DNA of 64,000 nucleotides from Waddliaceae bacterium (GTDB lineage Bacteria; Chlamydiota; Chlamydiia; Chlamydiales; JABHNK01): NCBI GenBank assembly GCA_018694295.1, contig JABHNK010000055.1, positions 65,232 to 129,231 of the forward strand, read 5' to 3'. Shown piece by piece: positions 55,135 to 64,000 of this stretch (position 1 is its first letter; each line of letters starts with the position of its first letter). The notes under the pieces were generated by a model. It saw only the letters and a program-made list of their open reading frames with translations, ran no database searches and was not told where the DNA came from. The position numbers and the translations under genes were made by a program.

Positions 55135-55746
55135 TTATAGTTCTTTAGCAACGGTGATGACTTCATCGATAATACCATATTCGCAGGCTTCTTCGGCGGT
55201 CATATAGTAATCTCTATCGGAGTCTTCGGAGATCTTCTCTACGGTCTGTCCTGTACATTCTGCTAGTATCGCTGTAAGTTTTTTCTTCGTCTTTATTATC
55301 TCTTCTGCTTGTAAAGCTATATCCGATGAGGTTCCACCAACGCCTCCCGACGGCTGGTGTATCATAACACGGCTATTAGGAAGAGCGAAGCGTTTGCCTT
55401 TAGTTCCTGCTGCTAGGAGGAATGCCCCCATCGACGCTGCCTGTCCTATGCAGTATGTGTTGACATCGCATCCCAAGAAACGCAGCGTGTCATATATCGC
55501 CATCCCTGCGGAGATGTATCCCCCTGGGGTGTTGATATACAGGTGTATATCTTTCTTAGGGTCTTCCATCTTAAGGAATAACAGCTGTGCGACGATGACA
55601 TTAGCAACCTGATCATCGACCTGTGTCCCTAGGAATATTATCCTATCTTTAAGAAGTCGTGAATAAATATCCATCGAACGCTCACCGCGCCCGGTGTCTT
55701 CTATAACGTATGGTGTTAAAGACATCTGTTGTTTCTTTGATGACAT
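55135..55746 (-). CDS. clpP: ATP-dependent Clp protease proteolytic subunit ClpP
   Basis: 203 aa. Catalytic Ser context [11 protein letters not shown] and His context MIHQP. Confidence 0.95.
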   Translation of the reverse strand: MSSKKQQMSLTPYVIEDTGRGERSMDIYSRLLKDRIIFLGTQVDDQVANVIVAQLLFLKMEDPKKDIHLYINTPGGYISAGMAIYDTLRFLGCDVNTYCIGQAASMGAFLLAAGTKGKRFALPNSRVMIHQPSGGVGGTSSDIALQAEEIIKTKKKLTAILAECTGQTVEKISEDSDRDYYMTAEEACEYGIIDEVITVAKEL

Positions 55747-55830
55747 ACACTTTTCCTTTTGGTAACGGTTATACTTATGATGCCCTCGTTATACGAGTAT
55801 TGTTATTAGACGGTCAAGTTTTTTCGGGTG

Positions 55831-57207
55831 CTATACGATCTTGCTCTTATCAATAAGGAAGTCTTTGACTTTAGTGGTAAGGATGTTAGCGTAAAGCTTC
55901 GACCGCAGGTCTGGATCTTTTTCGTCAAACTCCTTCCCTTTATTGAACATATACCAGTAAAGGCGCTCACGAACCATTTCCTTGTCAATATCTTCGTCTG
56001 TAACTGATATCATATTATCAACGGCAATATTTCGGACGAGGAAGAAAAAGCGTAGAACATTGTGAACTTCTTTGGCGACATCTTTTTCGATATCTTGTTC
56101 TAGCGATGATATTTCTTCGGCGCTTTTCTTCTGTTCTTTGAGCTGTCGTATCTTGTTCCTTATCCGTATCTTACGTTCTGCTTCTATCAATGAAGAAGGC
56201 AGATCGAAATCATATTTCTCTAAGATGAGGGCTTCGACTTGCTCACGAAGCGCTTCTTTTACGTCATTATCGCCTTCGCCTTCACACTGTTTACGGACAT
56301 TCTCGCGTAGTTCTTCTACTGTAGTGCATCCTAATTTCTTAGCAAACTCTTCGTCGATATCAGGGAGTATACGTTTATTTATGCTGACTAGTGTTATAGC
56401 ACATTTTGTTGAGACGAATTCTTTTTTAGCCTTCTCGTCAAGACGCTCGTCGAGTTCGCTGACGCCTTCAACGGTGCCACCTTTTTTTAGGCCGGTAACA
56501 AGTTTTATCATCCACGGGCTCATCTCTGCTTCGTCTAGGAGGAAACGTGTGTCATTACAAAGTTCTTTATTCTCAGACTCTTTTTCTTCTAACGATACTA
56601 CGGTAAGGTTTACGTGGTCGCCGACAACAGCGATATGATCTTCTTCACATTCTTTCCAGTCGACATATCTCTCACGGAGCTGTTCGATCCTTTCATCTAT
56701 CGCTTTATCATCGACAGCAACAGGGTCAACTTTTTTCAGTTCTAACTTTTTAAGGTCAACGCGAGGAACCTGTGGCTCGCTCTCATATTCGAAGACTACT
56801 ACAGAACCATCATCAAGAGAGCTGCTATCGACTTTTGACGTTCTGAAACTTTTCTCGTTGAAGGGATATATCTTTGTAAGCTTCATAGCTTCATTGAAGC
56901 TAGTATGCAAAAGGAGATCACGCCATTGGTCTTCGATATGCGATTTATAGTTTTTTATTACAAGAGCCTCGGGAGCTTTACCTTTACGAAATCCTGGTAC
57001 CGAGATCTCTTTATTGATCTTCTTGATGCCTTTTTTATATGCTGCTTCTGTAGCTTTTGGCGTCACTGTAACGGTCAACAAAACCCTACAATGTAGAGCT
57101 TGCTTCATGGTAACAGAGAAATCTTTGCTTGTGAACTCTGTTACAACGTCCTTTTCTGTAACAGCAACATCGGCTTTTTTATCTTCAGTTATTTTATTCT
57201 TTGCCAC
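55831..57207 (-). CDS. tig: Trigger factor
   Basis: Ribosome-binding signature PGFRKGKAP, with PPIase and C-terminal arm regions. The track ORF (to 57297) runs through tRNA-Gly. The in-frame GTG at 57207, with GAGG upstream, is proposed as the start. Confidence 0.8.
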   Translation of the reverse strand: MAKNKITEDKKADVAVTEKDVVTEFTSKDFSVTMKQALHCRVLLTVTVTPKATEAAYKKGIKKINKEISVPGFRKGKAPEALVIKNYKSHIEDQWRDLLLHTSFNEAMKLTKIYPFNEKSFRTSKVDSSSLDDGSVVVFEYESEPQVPRVDLKKLELKKVDPVAVDDKAIDERIEQLRERYVDWKECEEDHIAVVGDHVNLTVVSLEEKESENKELCNDTRFLLDEAEMSPWMIKLVTGLKKGGTVEGVSELDERLDEKAKKEFVSTKCAITLVSINKRILPDIDEEFAKKLGCTTVEELRENVRKQCEGEGDNDVKEALREQVEALILEKYDFDLPSSLIEAERKIRIRNKIRQLKEQKKSAEEISSLEQDIEKDVAKEVHNVLRFFFLVRNIAVDNMISVTDEDIDKEMVRERLYWYMFNKGKEFDEKDPDLRSKLYANILTTKVKDFLIDKSKIV

Positions 57208-57239
57208 GAAAGATGCCTCATAATATGTTTGTAAAAAAT

Positions 57240-57311
57240 AGCGGGTGATGAGATTCGAACTCACGACCCTCACGTTGGCAACGTGATGCTCTACCACTGA
57301 GCTACACCCGC
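57240..57311 (-). tRNA. tRNA-Gly (anticodon GCC)
   Basis: The reverse complement GCGGGTGTAGCTCAGTGGTAGAGCATCACGTTGCCAACGTGAGGGTCGTGAGTTCGAATCTCATCACCCGCT is 72 nt. Anticodon loop is TTGCCAA. Confidence 0.9.
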
Positions 57312-57396
57312 ATATACTTATAGACCTGACCCTTACCGACTATAAACGCCGAAAACACAGTGATGAGACTTATACCCATCCACCTTTATAGCTTTT

Positions 57397-57468
57397 AGCG
57401 GGTGATGAGACTTGAACTCACGACCCTCACCTTGGGAAGGTGACGCTCTACCACTGAGCTACACCCGC
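57397..57468 (-). tRNA. tRNA-Gly (anticodon CCC)
   Basis: The reverse complement GCGGGTGTAGCTCAGTGGTAGAGCGTCACCTTCCCAAGGTGAGGGTCGTGAGTTCAAGTCTCATCACCCGCT is 72 nt. Anticodon loop is TTCCCAA. Confidence 0.9.
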
Positions 57469-57515
57469 GATAAGGAAGTACAATATTATACTCTCTTTCG
57501 GTTTTTGTGCAAGAG

Positions 57516-57635
57516 TCAATTTGGGCATGGTTCATTTTTATTCTAGGGTCAGGCTTGCATTTTTGCATTTTCCTTCGGAGAAACGCAAAGATGACAAGCC
57601 AGACCCGTCGAATTTTGAACCATGCCTCAATTTGA
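57516..57635. repeat. ~120-nt imperfect inverted-repeat element; its left half recurs at 32361..32405
   Basis: tcaatttgggcatggttca..ttctagggtcaggcttg pairs with caagccagaccc..tgaaccatgcctcaatttga. The motif ggttc(a)ttttt(g/a)ttctagggtcaggcttgc also occurs in the ppdK/cysJ-like divergent region. Confidence 0.6.
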
Positions 57636-57640
57636 TTTAA

Positions 57641-57697
57641 AAATAAAAAAAAGCCGGTTCTGAACCAAAGAATGGAGGAAACTTTGACCCAGAACCG
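57641..57697 (-). terminator. Rho-independent terminator of the 312-aa acidic protein gene
   Basis: Stems cggttctg/cagaaccg (57655..57662 and 57690..57697) and caaag/ctttg (57666..57670 and 57682..57686). A U-rich tract follows on the minus strand (A run at 57643..57652 on plus). Confidence 0.5.
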
Positions 57698-57836
57698 ACA
57701 AGAATGTGTTTACATCTAATGTATTTTTTACTGTACTCCGTTTCAAAAAAAAGTTCTACTTTTTTCTTTATTTTTATTATTGCTTAATATCCAGAAGGTT
57801 ATGAAGAATAGAATCATAATATTTTGTATCCTGGTG

Positions 57837-58775
57837 TTATTTTACAATTTTTCGTGCCGTATTTTCGAGCATATCTGTTAATGCATTCGACAACGTTGCT
57901 GCTGCTTTATAAAATTCTTCGAATGTAAACATCGCCTGTCGAAGTTGCGCCTTCGCCCTTTCGTTATAATTTTGTGTAACTATTAAAGCCTGTCTTAAGT
58001 GCAACCCTATGCTGCTGCCGTCTACGTCATCACTTGCCGCTTCTTTTCCTATTCCCCATAGATCCTTCCAAGCAGCTTCTGTTATAAATGTATCGTTAGG
58101 ATTTAGGTCTGCTATGACAGCGTTAAGAGCCTCTTTCAAAGAATCACTTATAGCATCTTCTGCTGTTGACACCAAACGGTTATAGATTTTTTCCATTTCA
58201 ACATAATCTATTGAATCCAAATTCGACTCGACATTTAGTTTTGGAGATATTTGTTCCGTTATGACTGTATCATCATCATCATTTTCAAATGTAACTGTAA
58301 TATCGTCTACTTCATTACCTCTTTTATTAAAGAATGTCACCAATGCCGAAACATCACTAGACGCTGCCGTTATATCATCAAGAATTCCAAGAAGACCGTT
58401 CATCTGACTCACAACGGCTTCGTTTCCAACGCGTAAAAACTCAAACTGTATATAGCTTTGCATCGTCGACTTTTCAATGTCGATGCTTGGTAAGACCGGC
58501 GCATCAAGGCTTTTAAGATATTCTATCCACCACCCCTGTTTTTCTCCGTCAAGGAAATCGACAGAAAGGTCTTCGGGGAGATCGCCTGCTGGGTTAAACG
58601 TACTGTCTTTATTTTCATCGAGATACGTATTGAAATTTGTGAGCTTTTGCTCAAACTCCGTAGAATCGCTTCCTGGATAAAACTGCTTATACAAATAATA
58701 CATTGGCAGCTGATAAGTATAGTTTGCTGGGGCATCATTGGGGACATCGCTATATATTGAGGTTATTTCCGTCAT
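57837..58775 (-). CDS. Hypothetical acidic protein (no recognisable domain)
   Basis: 312 aa, rich in Asp/Glu, with no TM segment or signal peptide. The C-terminal helical segment is LRQAMFTFEEFYKAAATLSNALTDMLENTARKI. It lies divergent from the SNF2 gene. Confidence 0.55.
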   Translation of the reverse strand: MTEITSIYSDVPNDAPANYTYQLPMYYLYKQFYPGSDSTEFEQKLTNFNTYLDENKDSTFNPAGDLPEDLSVDFLDGEKQGWWIEYLKSLDAPVLPSIDIEKSTMQSYIQFEFLRVGNEAVVSQMNGLLGILDDITAASSDVSALVTFFNKRGNEVDDITVTFENDDDDTVITEQISPKLNVESNLDSIDYVEMEKIYNRLVSTAEDAISDSLKEALNAVIADLNPNDTFITEAAWKDLWGIGKEAASDDVDGSSIGLHLRQALIVTQNYNERAKAQLRQAMFTFEEFYKAAATLSNALTDMLENTARKIVK

Positions 58776-58963
58776 AATATTTTCTCCTTTTTTTGTTCCG
58801 CACCTTTCTCACACCGTGTATATGCATTTATGATGCCAACATTGCCGATGTGATAAAAATAAAGAACGTCAAAGAATAATTTTTTCATTGCATTTCTATA
58901 GTGAAAAAGGGTACAAACATTGTCTTACTTTCGTGGTATATAGGGAGCCAAGAAGGGAATTAT

Positions 58964-61900
58964 ATGTTAAATTTTCGCAAACTTCGTCGAGATTTTTCGC
59001 CATCTATTATTTCTATGGGTCGTGAATTACACGACAAAGAGATGGTTCTTTCTGCTAAAATAATATTTTTAGACAGCGAGACTATTAAAATTTGCGGTGA
59101 AGTATTAGGCAGTTACGACAATACATACGAATGTTTTCTTGAGATAAGCCGTCTTGAGTCTGAGGTTATTGATTCTAGCTGTGGCTGTCCTCTGGACCAT
59201 GATTGCCAACATATTCCTGGCTTATTATTTTTCCTTGAGGATCATCTTGACAAGCTTATTGTCGAGTATTCCAATGAAGCTGATCTCGACGATCTTGACG
59301 ACATCGATACTAGTGAAAAGGCGTTGCTTCTTGAGACTTTTGAGAAGTCTAAGAGCAAGCATCGTTTTCGTGAAGACGCGAACTACCAGCGCGAACTTTT
59401 ACGAGAGTATAACGATGCCGCCCGTGTTTTTCGTCGTTCTCCATTTTTCTTACCTCAGGAGAGTCTTATTGAGGACAATGCCGAGCTCATCCTTATCTTC
59501 GACCCTCCTTCTTCTCGTCTTTCTTCTGGCGGTCATAATATTCAGGTGATGCTTCGTTTTCCATGGCGCTCCAAGCTTATGCTTATTCCTGACATCAAGG
59601 AGTTTCTTGAGTCGATACGTTATCATGAGCCTTTTACTATCAATGGCAGGCGTTTTTTCTTCACGCATCGTTCTTTCGATACTGCTAGCACGGAAGTTAT
59701 TAGCATGCTTCTCGATCAGGTGCATTATTATGCTGACGATGATGACAGTGACCGACGCACAGCGATGTTGAACCACGATGCTTTCGGCGCTCTTCTTGCT
59801 GCTGTTTATTCTTTGGGCAGCGACTCATCGCTTGGCAGTGACGTACATACCATGCCCTGTCTTTATCGTGGCAGCATTGAGACACCTTTAACATTCTCTC
59901 CGCGTCCTGCCAAACTACGTTTTATGTTAGAGCTTTTCAAGACGCCGAGTTTAAAGCTTTTATTAAAGCCTCTTATTGTCGTTGATGACGACGAGGTCAT
60001 CGCTCCTGACGACGCCAATCTTTTCGAATGCACTAAGCCTGGAATGATTTACAACAACATTTACTATCGCTTCCGTGACTCTATTAAGAGGATGCATCTT
60101 CAGAGTCTTCCTACTATAAGTACGATGACCATCCCAGAGCCTCTTTTTGGTACCTTTGTCGAGAACTCTTTGCCTGAGCTACAGTCGTGTGCTGAGGTTT
60201 CTAATATTGATGTTCTAAAGAATTTCGTTACTATACCTTATGTCGACAATGTCGAGGCGCGCTGTGACATCAACTATCTTAATGGAGAGCTGGAGGCCAC
60301 GCTTTTCTTTTTATATGGCGACCACGAAGTCCCTGCTGCTTATGACAAGCTTTCGTATGAGGACATTACGGCGTTTGTTTCCGACGATGGTGTTGTCGCC
60401 CGCAATATCACCGAAGAGCGCTCCCTTCTTCACGATCTTTTCCAAGACTTCATCTTCGACGCCAAAGAGGGCATTTTTATTGCGAAGAGCAAGAAAAAGA
60501 TCGTAGAATTTATGACCGACATTGTCCCTAAGAACCAGCATCGCGTCGAGTTTCATTGCCCTGAGAACCTTTTAGAGCAGTTTATCTATGACGACACGAC
60601 ATTTTCTTTGTCGTTAAAAGACGCTAAAAACATCACTACATACGATGTCGACATCACTGTCAAAGGTGCGCTTTCTGGCATATCGATGCATGTTTTGTTG
60701 GGCTGTCTTTCTTCTAACAGGCCATATATCGAGCTTACTCGCCGCAAAAAGAAATCGTCTTCCGATGAAGACGGCGGTTTTTCTCTTCCTAAGATCCTTG
60801 TTTTGGACCTAGAAGTTCTACGCCCTATTATAGAAGTTCTCGACGAGGTAGGAATAACGACTCTTGATAGCCATACTTCGGAGCGTCCGTTGTGGAGCCT
60901 TGTTGCTTTAGATTTCAAAGAAATTAAGAAGCTTCCCATTAAGTTTTCTGTTAGCGCCAAGCTAAAAGAGCTTCAGAAGCAGATTCTAGGGAAGAAGACG
61001 TTGACGGCGAGCACCATCCCCGAAGATCTCACGGCGACATTTCGTAATTACCAGGTTTCTGGGGTTTCTTGGCTTGAGCGTCTGCGTAACATGCATCTCA
61101 ACGGCATCCTCGCCGACGACATGGGTCTTGGAAAAACATTACAAGCCATTGCTGCTGTTGCACAGCACAAGCGCGACAATAGCGGCAGCATTTCGCTGGT
61201 AATATGTCCTACGTCGTTGTTATACAACTGGCTCGAAGAGGTCAACAAATTCCATCCTTCTATGAAGGTTCTCATCATCGATGGTATTCCTGAACATAGG
61301 AAGAAGCTGTTATCTTCTATTAAAGACTATGACCTTATTATCACGTCGTATGGTCTTATACAGAAAGACATCGACATCTACAAAGAGGTAAACTTTTCTT
61401 ATATCATCCTCGACGAAGGGCAGCACATCAAAAACCATAACACTTTGAATGCCAGGTCAGTAAAAGAGCTGTCTTCTTCTCACAAGCTTATCCTCACAGG
61501 CACTCCTATTGAGAATTCCCTCGACGAATTGTGGAGTCTTTTTGATTTCTTAATGCCAGGCCTTCTCAGCAATTACCGTAGATTTAACGATCGCTATCTT
61601 TCTCATAGCGGTAGCGCCCACAGCGACGCCCTTAAGGCTTTGAATGCCAAGGTGTCACCATTTATATTACGTCGCATGAAGAAAGACGTCCTTTCCGACC
61701 TTCCTCCTGTGTCGGAGATATTATATCATTGCAAGCTCACTGCCACGCAGCAAGAGCTGTACAGCTCGTATGTTTCTTCTGCTCGTGAGGAGCTCACCAA
61801 GCTCGTTGACAAAGAAGGGTATAACAAGGTACAGATCCATGTCCTTGCCACCCTTACCAGGCTCAAGCAGATATGCTGTCATCCTGCTATTTTCGCCAAA

Positions 61901-62431
61901 GACAAAGTCGAGAGCGAAGATTCTGCAAAATATGAGATGCTCTTAGAGCTTCTACAGACATTACGGCAGGGAGGGCATAAGACGGTAATCTTCAGCCAAT
62001 ATACTCGCATGCTTGCCATTATACGCGAAGACCTTACACGTATGGGCGTAAAGTTCAGCTACCTTGACGGTACTAGCAAAAACCGCCTTGACATTGTGAA
62101 GAAATTCAACGGCGACGCCACGATACCTATCTTCTTGGTATCGTTACGTGCTGGTGGTTCGGGACTTAACATCACCGGCGCTGACACTGTCATCCACTAT
62201 GACATGTGGTGGAACCCTGCTGTCGAGCAGCAGGCTACCGACCGTGTTCACCGTATAGGTCAGAACAATAACGTCTCGGCCTATAAGCTTGTAACTCTTG
62301 GTACTGTCGAAGAGAAGATCGTAGAACTTCAGAACCGTAAGAAGGCCCTTGTAGAAAAAGTCATCACTGACGACGATGATATCATTACCAAGCTTTCGTG
62401 GGATGAAGTTTTGGAGTTGCTACAAACATGA
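58964..62431 (+). CDS. SNF2-family helicase with an N-terminal SWIM zinc finger
   Basis: SWIM motif CGCPLDHDCQH. Helicase motifs LADDMGLGKTLQ (I), LDEGQHIKN (II, DExH), TGTPIEN (III), QATDRVHRIGQ (VI). The start was set at ATG 58964, which has a GAAGGG RBS; the track ORF starts on GTG at 58901. Confidence 0.88.
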   Translation: MLNFRKLRRDFSPSIISMGRELHDKEMVLSAKIIFLDSETIKICGEVLGSYDNTYECFLEISRLESEVIDSSCGCPLDHDCQHIPGLLFFLEDHLDKLIVEYSNEADLDDLDDIDTSEKALLLETFEKSKSKHRFREDANYQRELLREYNDAARVFRRSPFFLPQESLIEDNAELILIFDPPSSRLSSGGHNIQVMLRFPWRSKLMLIPDIKEFLESIRYHEPFTINGRRFFFTHRSFDTASTEVISMLLDQVHYYADDDDSDRRTAMLNHDAFGALLAAVYSLGSDSSLGSDVHTMPCLYRGSIETPLTFSPRPAKLRFMLELFKTPSLKLLLKPLIVVDDDEVIAPDDANLFECTKPGMIYNNIYYRFRDSIKRMHLQSLPTISTMTIPEPLFGTFVENSLPELQSCAEVSNIDVLKNFVTIPYVDNVEARCDINYLNGELEATLFFLYGDHEVPAAYDKLSYEDITAFVSDDGVVARNITEERSLLHDLFQDFIFDAKEGIFIAKSKKKIVEFMTDIVPKNQHRVEFHCPENLLEQFIYDDTTFSLSLKDAKNITTYDVDITVKGALSGISMHVLLGCLSSNRPYIELTRRKKKSSSDEDGGFSLPKILVLDLEVLRPIIEVLDEVGITTLDSHTSERPLWSLVALDFKEIKKLPIKFSVSAKLKELQKQILGKKTLTASTIPEDLTATFRNYQVSGVSWLERLRNMHLNGILADDMGLGKTLQAIAAVAQHKRDNSGSISLVICPTSLLYNWLEEVNKFHPSMKVLIIDGIPEHRKKLLSSIKDYDLIITSYGLIQKDIDIYKEVNFSYIILDEGQHIKNHNTLNARSVKELSSSHKLILTGTPIENSLDELWSLFDFLMPGLLSNYRRFNDRYLSHSGSAHSDALKALNAKVSPFILRRMKKDVLSDLPPVSEILYHCKLTATQQELYSSYVSSAREELTKLVDKEGYNKVQIHVLATLTRLKQICCHPAIFAKDKVESEDSAKYEMLLELLQTLRQGGHKTVIFSQYTRMLAIIREDLTRMGVKFSYLDGTSKNRLDIVKKFNGDATIPIFLVSLRAGGSGLNITGADTVIHYDMWWNPAVEQQATDRVHRIGQNNNVSAYKLVTLGTVEEKIVELQNRKKALVEKVITDDDDIITKLSWDEVLELLQT

Positions 62432-62488
62432 AGAATATGTATAACTATTGTATTAAACATTTAATCTTTTAAAGGAAGTTTTACTGAC

Positions 62489-63589
62489 ATGACCAACAAA
62501 AACAATTTCTGGGCCCTTGCCAACAAACTAAAAATCAAAAGCCGTTCTATGATCGGTAAATTCAACAGTGTCACTGGGATGTTCTCCAACGACATCGGCA
62601 TCGACCTTGGCACGTCGAACATCCTTGTATATGTCCGTGGAAAGGGCATTGTCCTCGTAGAGCCTTCTGTTGTAACAGTCGACTCTTTAACAAATGAAGT
62701 CCTTGCTGTTGGACACAAAGCCAAGGCTATGCTTGGTAAGACTCCTAAGAAGATCCACGCGGTACGTCCTATGAAGGACGGTGTCATCGCCGACTTTGAG
62801 ATCGCCGAGAGCATGCTAAAAGCCCTTATTAAGAGGGTAACACCGTCGAGGAGCATTTTGAGGCCAAAGATCCTCATTGCCGTACCTTCAGGGATTACTG
62901 GCGTTGAGAAGCGCGCCGTCGAAGATTCTGCACTACATGCTGGCGCTCAAGAGGTCATCCTCATCGAAGAGCCTATGGCTGCTGCTATCGGCGTAGACCT
63001 TCCTGTCCATGAGCCTTCTGCTAATATGATCATTGACATCGGTGGTGGTACTACCGAGATAGCAATAATCTCTTTGGGAGGGATTGTTGAGTCACGTTCT
63101 TTACGTATCGCCGGCGATGAATTCGACGACTGCGTAATAAACTATATGCGTCGCACCTACAATCTTTTGATCGGCCCCCGTACTGCTGAGGAGATCAAGA
63201 TGGCGATAGGGTCGGCATATCCTCTTGGCGACAACGAGCTTGAGATGGAAGTCCGCGGCCGCGACCAGGTTGCTGGCCTTCCTATCACTAAGCGTATAAA
63301 TTCTGTAGAGATCCGCGAATGTCTTGCCGAGCCTATACAGCAGATCGTCGAAGCCGTAAAGCTTACCCTAGAGAAATGCCCTCCGGAACTTGCCGCCGAC
63401 CTTGTCGAGCGTGGCATGGTCCTTGCCGGTGGTGGTGCTTTGATAAAAGGCATCGACAAAGCTCTAATTAAAGAGACAGGACTTCCTGTAATAATAGCTC
63501 CGAACCCTCTCCTTGCCGTATGTCTCGGCACTGGAAAGGCTCTTGATTTCCTAGAAAAATTCAAGCGCAGGAAGATGGTAAACGTATAA
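62489..63589 (+). CDS. mreB: Rod-shape/division actin homologue MreB
   Basis: Motifs IGIDLGTSN, DIGGGTTE, LAGGGALI. It has a ~20-aa N-terminal extension (MTNKNNFWALANKLKIKSRS) before the second Met at 62549. Confidence 0.92.
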   Translation: MTNKNNFWALANKLKIKSRSMIGKFNSVTGMFSNDIGIDLGTSNILVYVRGKGIVLVEPSVVTVDSLTNEVLAVGHKAKAMLGKTPKKIHAVRPMKDGVIADFEIAESMLKALIKRVTPSRSILRPKILIAVPSGITGVEKRAVEDSALHAGAQEVILIEEPMAAAIGVDLPVHEPSANMIIDIGGGTTEIAIISLGGIVESRSLRIAGDEFDDCVINYMRRTYNLLIGPRTAEEIKMAIGSAYPLGDNELEMEVRGRDQVAGLPITKRINSVEIRECLAEPIQQIVEAVKLTLEKCPPELAADLVERGMVLAGGGALIKGIDKALIKETGLPVIIAPNPLLAVCLGTGKALDFLEKFKRRKMVNV

Positions 63590-63687
63590 AAACGCACTAT
63601 ATTTTTAGACCTTGATTACAATCTAGCCTTTGACATAAGGAGTTAACGCACAAGAAACATACACACACACTTTTAAGGAGAACGACT

Positions 63688-64000
63688 ATGCAACCTGTAT
63701 CAGCAAGCTCTTACGCTCCAGCGCCTTGCGCTGTACCAACTCAAGCACATGCACAACACGAGGTAGGACCTATGAGAAAAGTATTTTCTAAAGAAGACAT
63801 TCCACAAGAAGGCGTCCTTGAAGCATGGACGGTGAATTCTGATCTTATTAGTTGGGTTCGTGAGAAGGTCAGCCTATGCACTCCAGACGAAGTATATCTC
63901 TGTGACGGTTCTGATGAAGAATATACCGAGTTGTGCGATCTTTCGGTAGAAAAAGGCTCGTTTATCAAACTCGACGAAACGCTACGTCCTAACAGTTACC
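63688..64000 (+). CDS. pckG: Phosphoenolpyruvate carboxykinase (GTP), 5' fragment truncated by the window end
   Basis: The ATG at 63688 is preceded by AAGGAG. The frame stays open to the window end. The translation (..WVREKVSLCTPDEVYLCDGSDEEYTELCDLSVEKGSFIKLDETLRPNSY) matches the conserved N-terminus of GTP-dependent PEPCK. Confidence 0.8.
   Translation, partial: MQPVSASSYAPAPCAVPTQAHAQHEVGPMRKVFSKEDIPQEGVLEAWTVNSDLISWVREKVSLCTPDEVYLCDGSDEEYTELCDLSVEKGSFIKLDETLRPNSY

Noticed and set aside
57208-57297. N-terminal extension of the tig ORF (MVEHHVANVRVVSSNLITRY..)
   Set aside because: It is the translation of tRNA-Gly(GCC) on the same strand. An in-frame GTG at 57207 with an upstream GAGG is a more sensible start.
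1-64000. Search for rRNA genes, IS elements, transposases, integrases, toxin-antitoxin pairs or recognisable defence systems
   Set aside because: No ORF in the six-frame track shows DDE or tyrosine/serine recombinase motifs, and no rRNA-like conserved segments were seen. The repeats present are non-coding.

Overview
This segment carries the gene repertoire of an environmental, non-Chlamydiaceae member of the Chlamydiae. Markers are an NTT-type ATP/ADP translocase, an EUO-like regulator, a SWIM-SNF2 helicase, MreB with an N-terminal extension, tail-specific protease, PPDK and GTP-PEPCK. They sit among housekeeping genes (gltX, argS, rlmN, recO, pgk, der, engB, tsaE, ispF, murA, epmB, tig-clpP-clpX) and four tRNAs (Arg-TCG, Leu-GAG, Gly-GCC, Gly-CCC). 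Three accessory modules stand out. (i) A tightly coupled ~13 kb Pel-type exopolysaccharide locus (268..13066) has a receiver domain in the PelC slot, a HEAT-repeat protein inserted before pelF, and a PelD homologue lacking the I-site arginine. (ii) Two tandem paralogous ankyrin-repeat proteins (33675..39785) carry a central Cys-His-Asp module resembling YopT/AvrPphB (C58) proteases. (iii) A GT4-fusion/GT4/GH130 operon lies convergent with manA. Almost every intergenic gap is filled by a genome-specific mosaic of 7-nt tandem words and MITE-like inverted-repeat elements, and several genes terminate on TGA codons inside these heptamer arrays. No rRNA, CRISPR array, transposase or integrase was seen. 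All family assignments come from reading motifs by eye; no database search was run.
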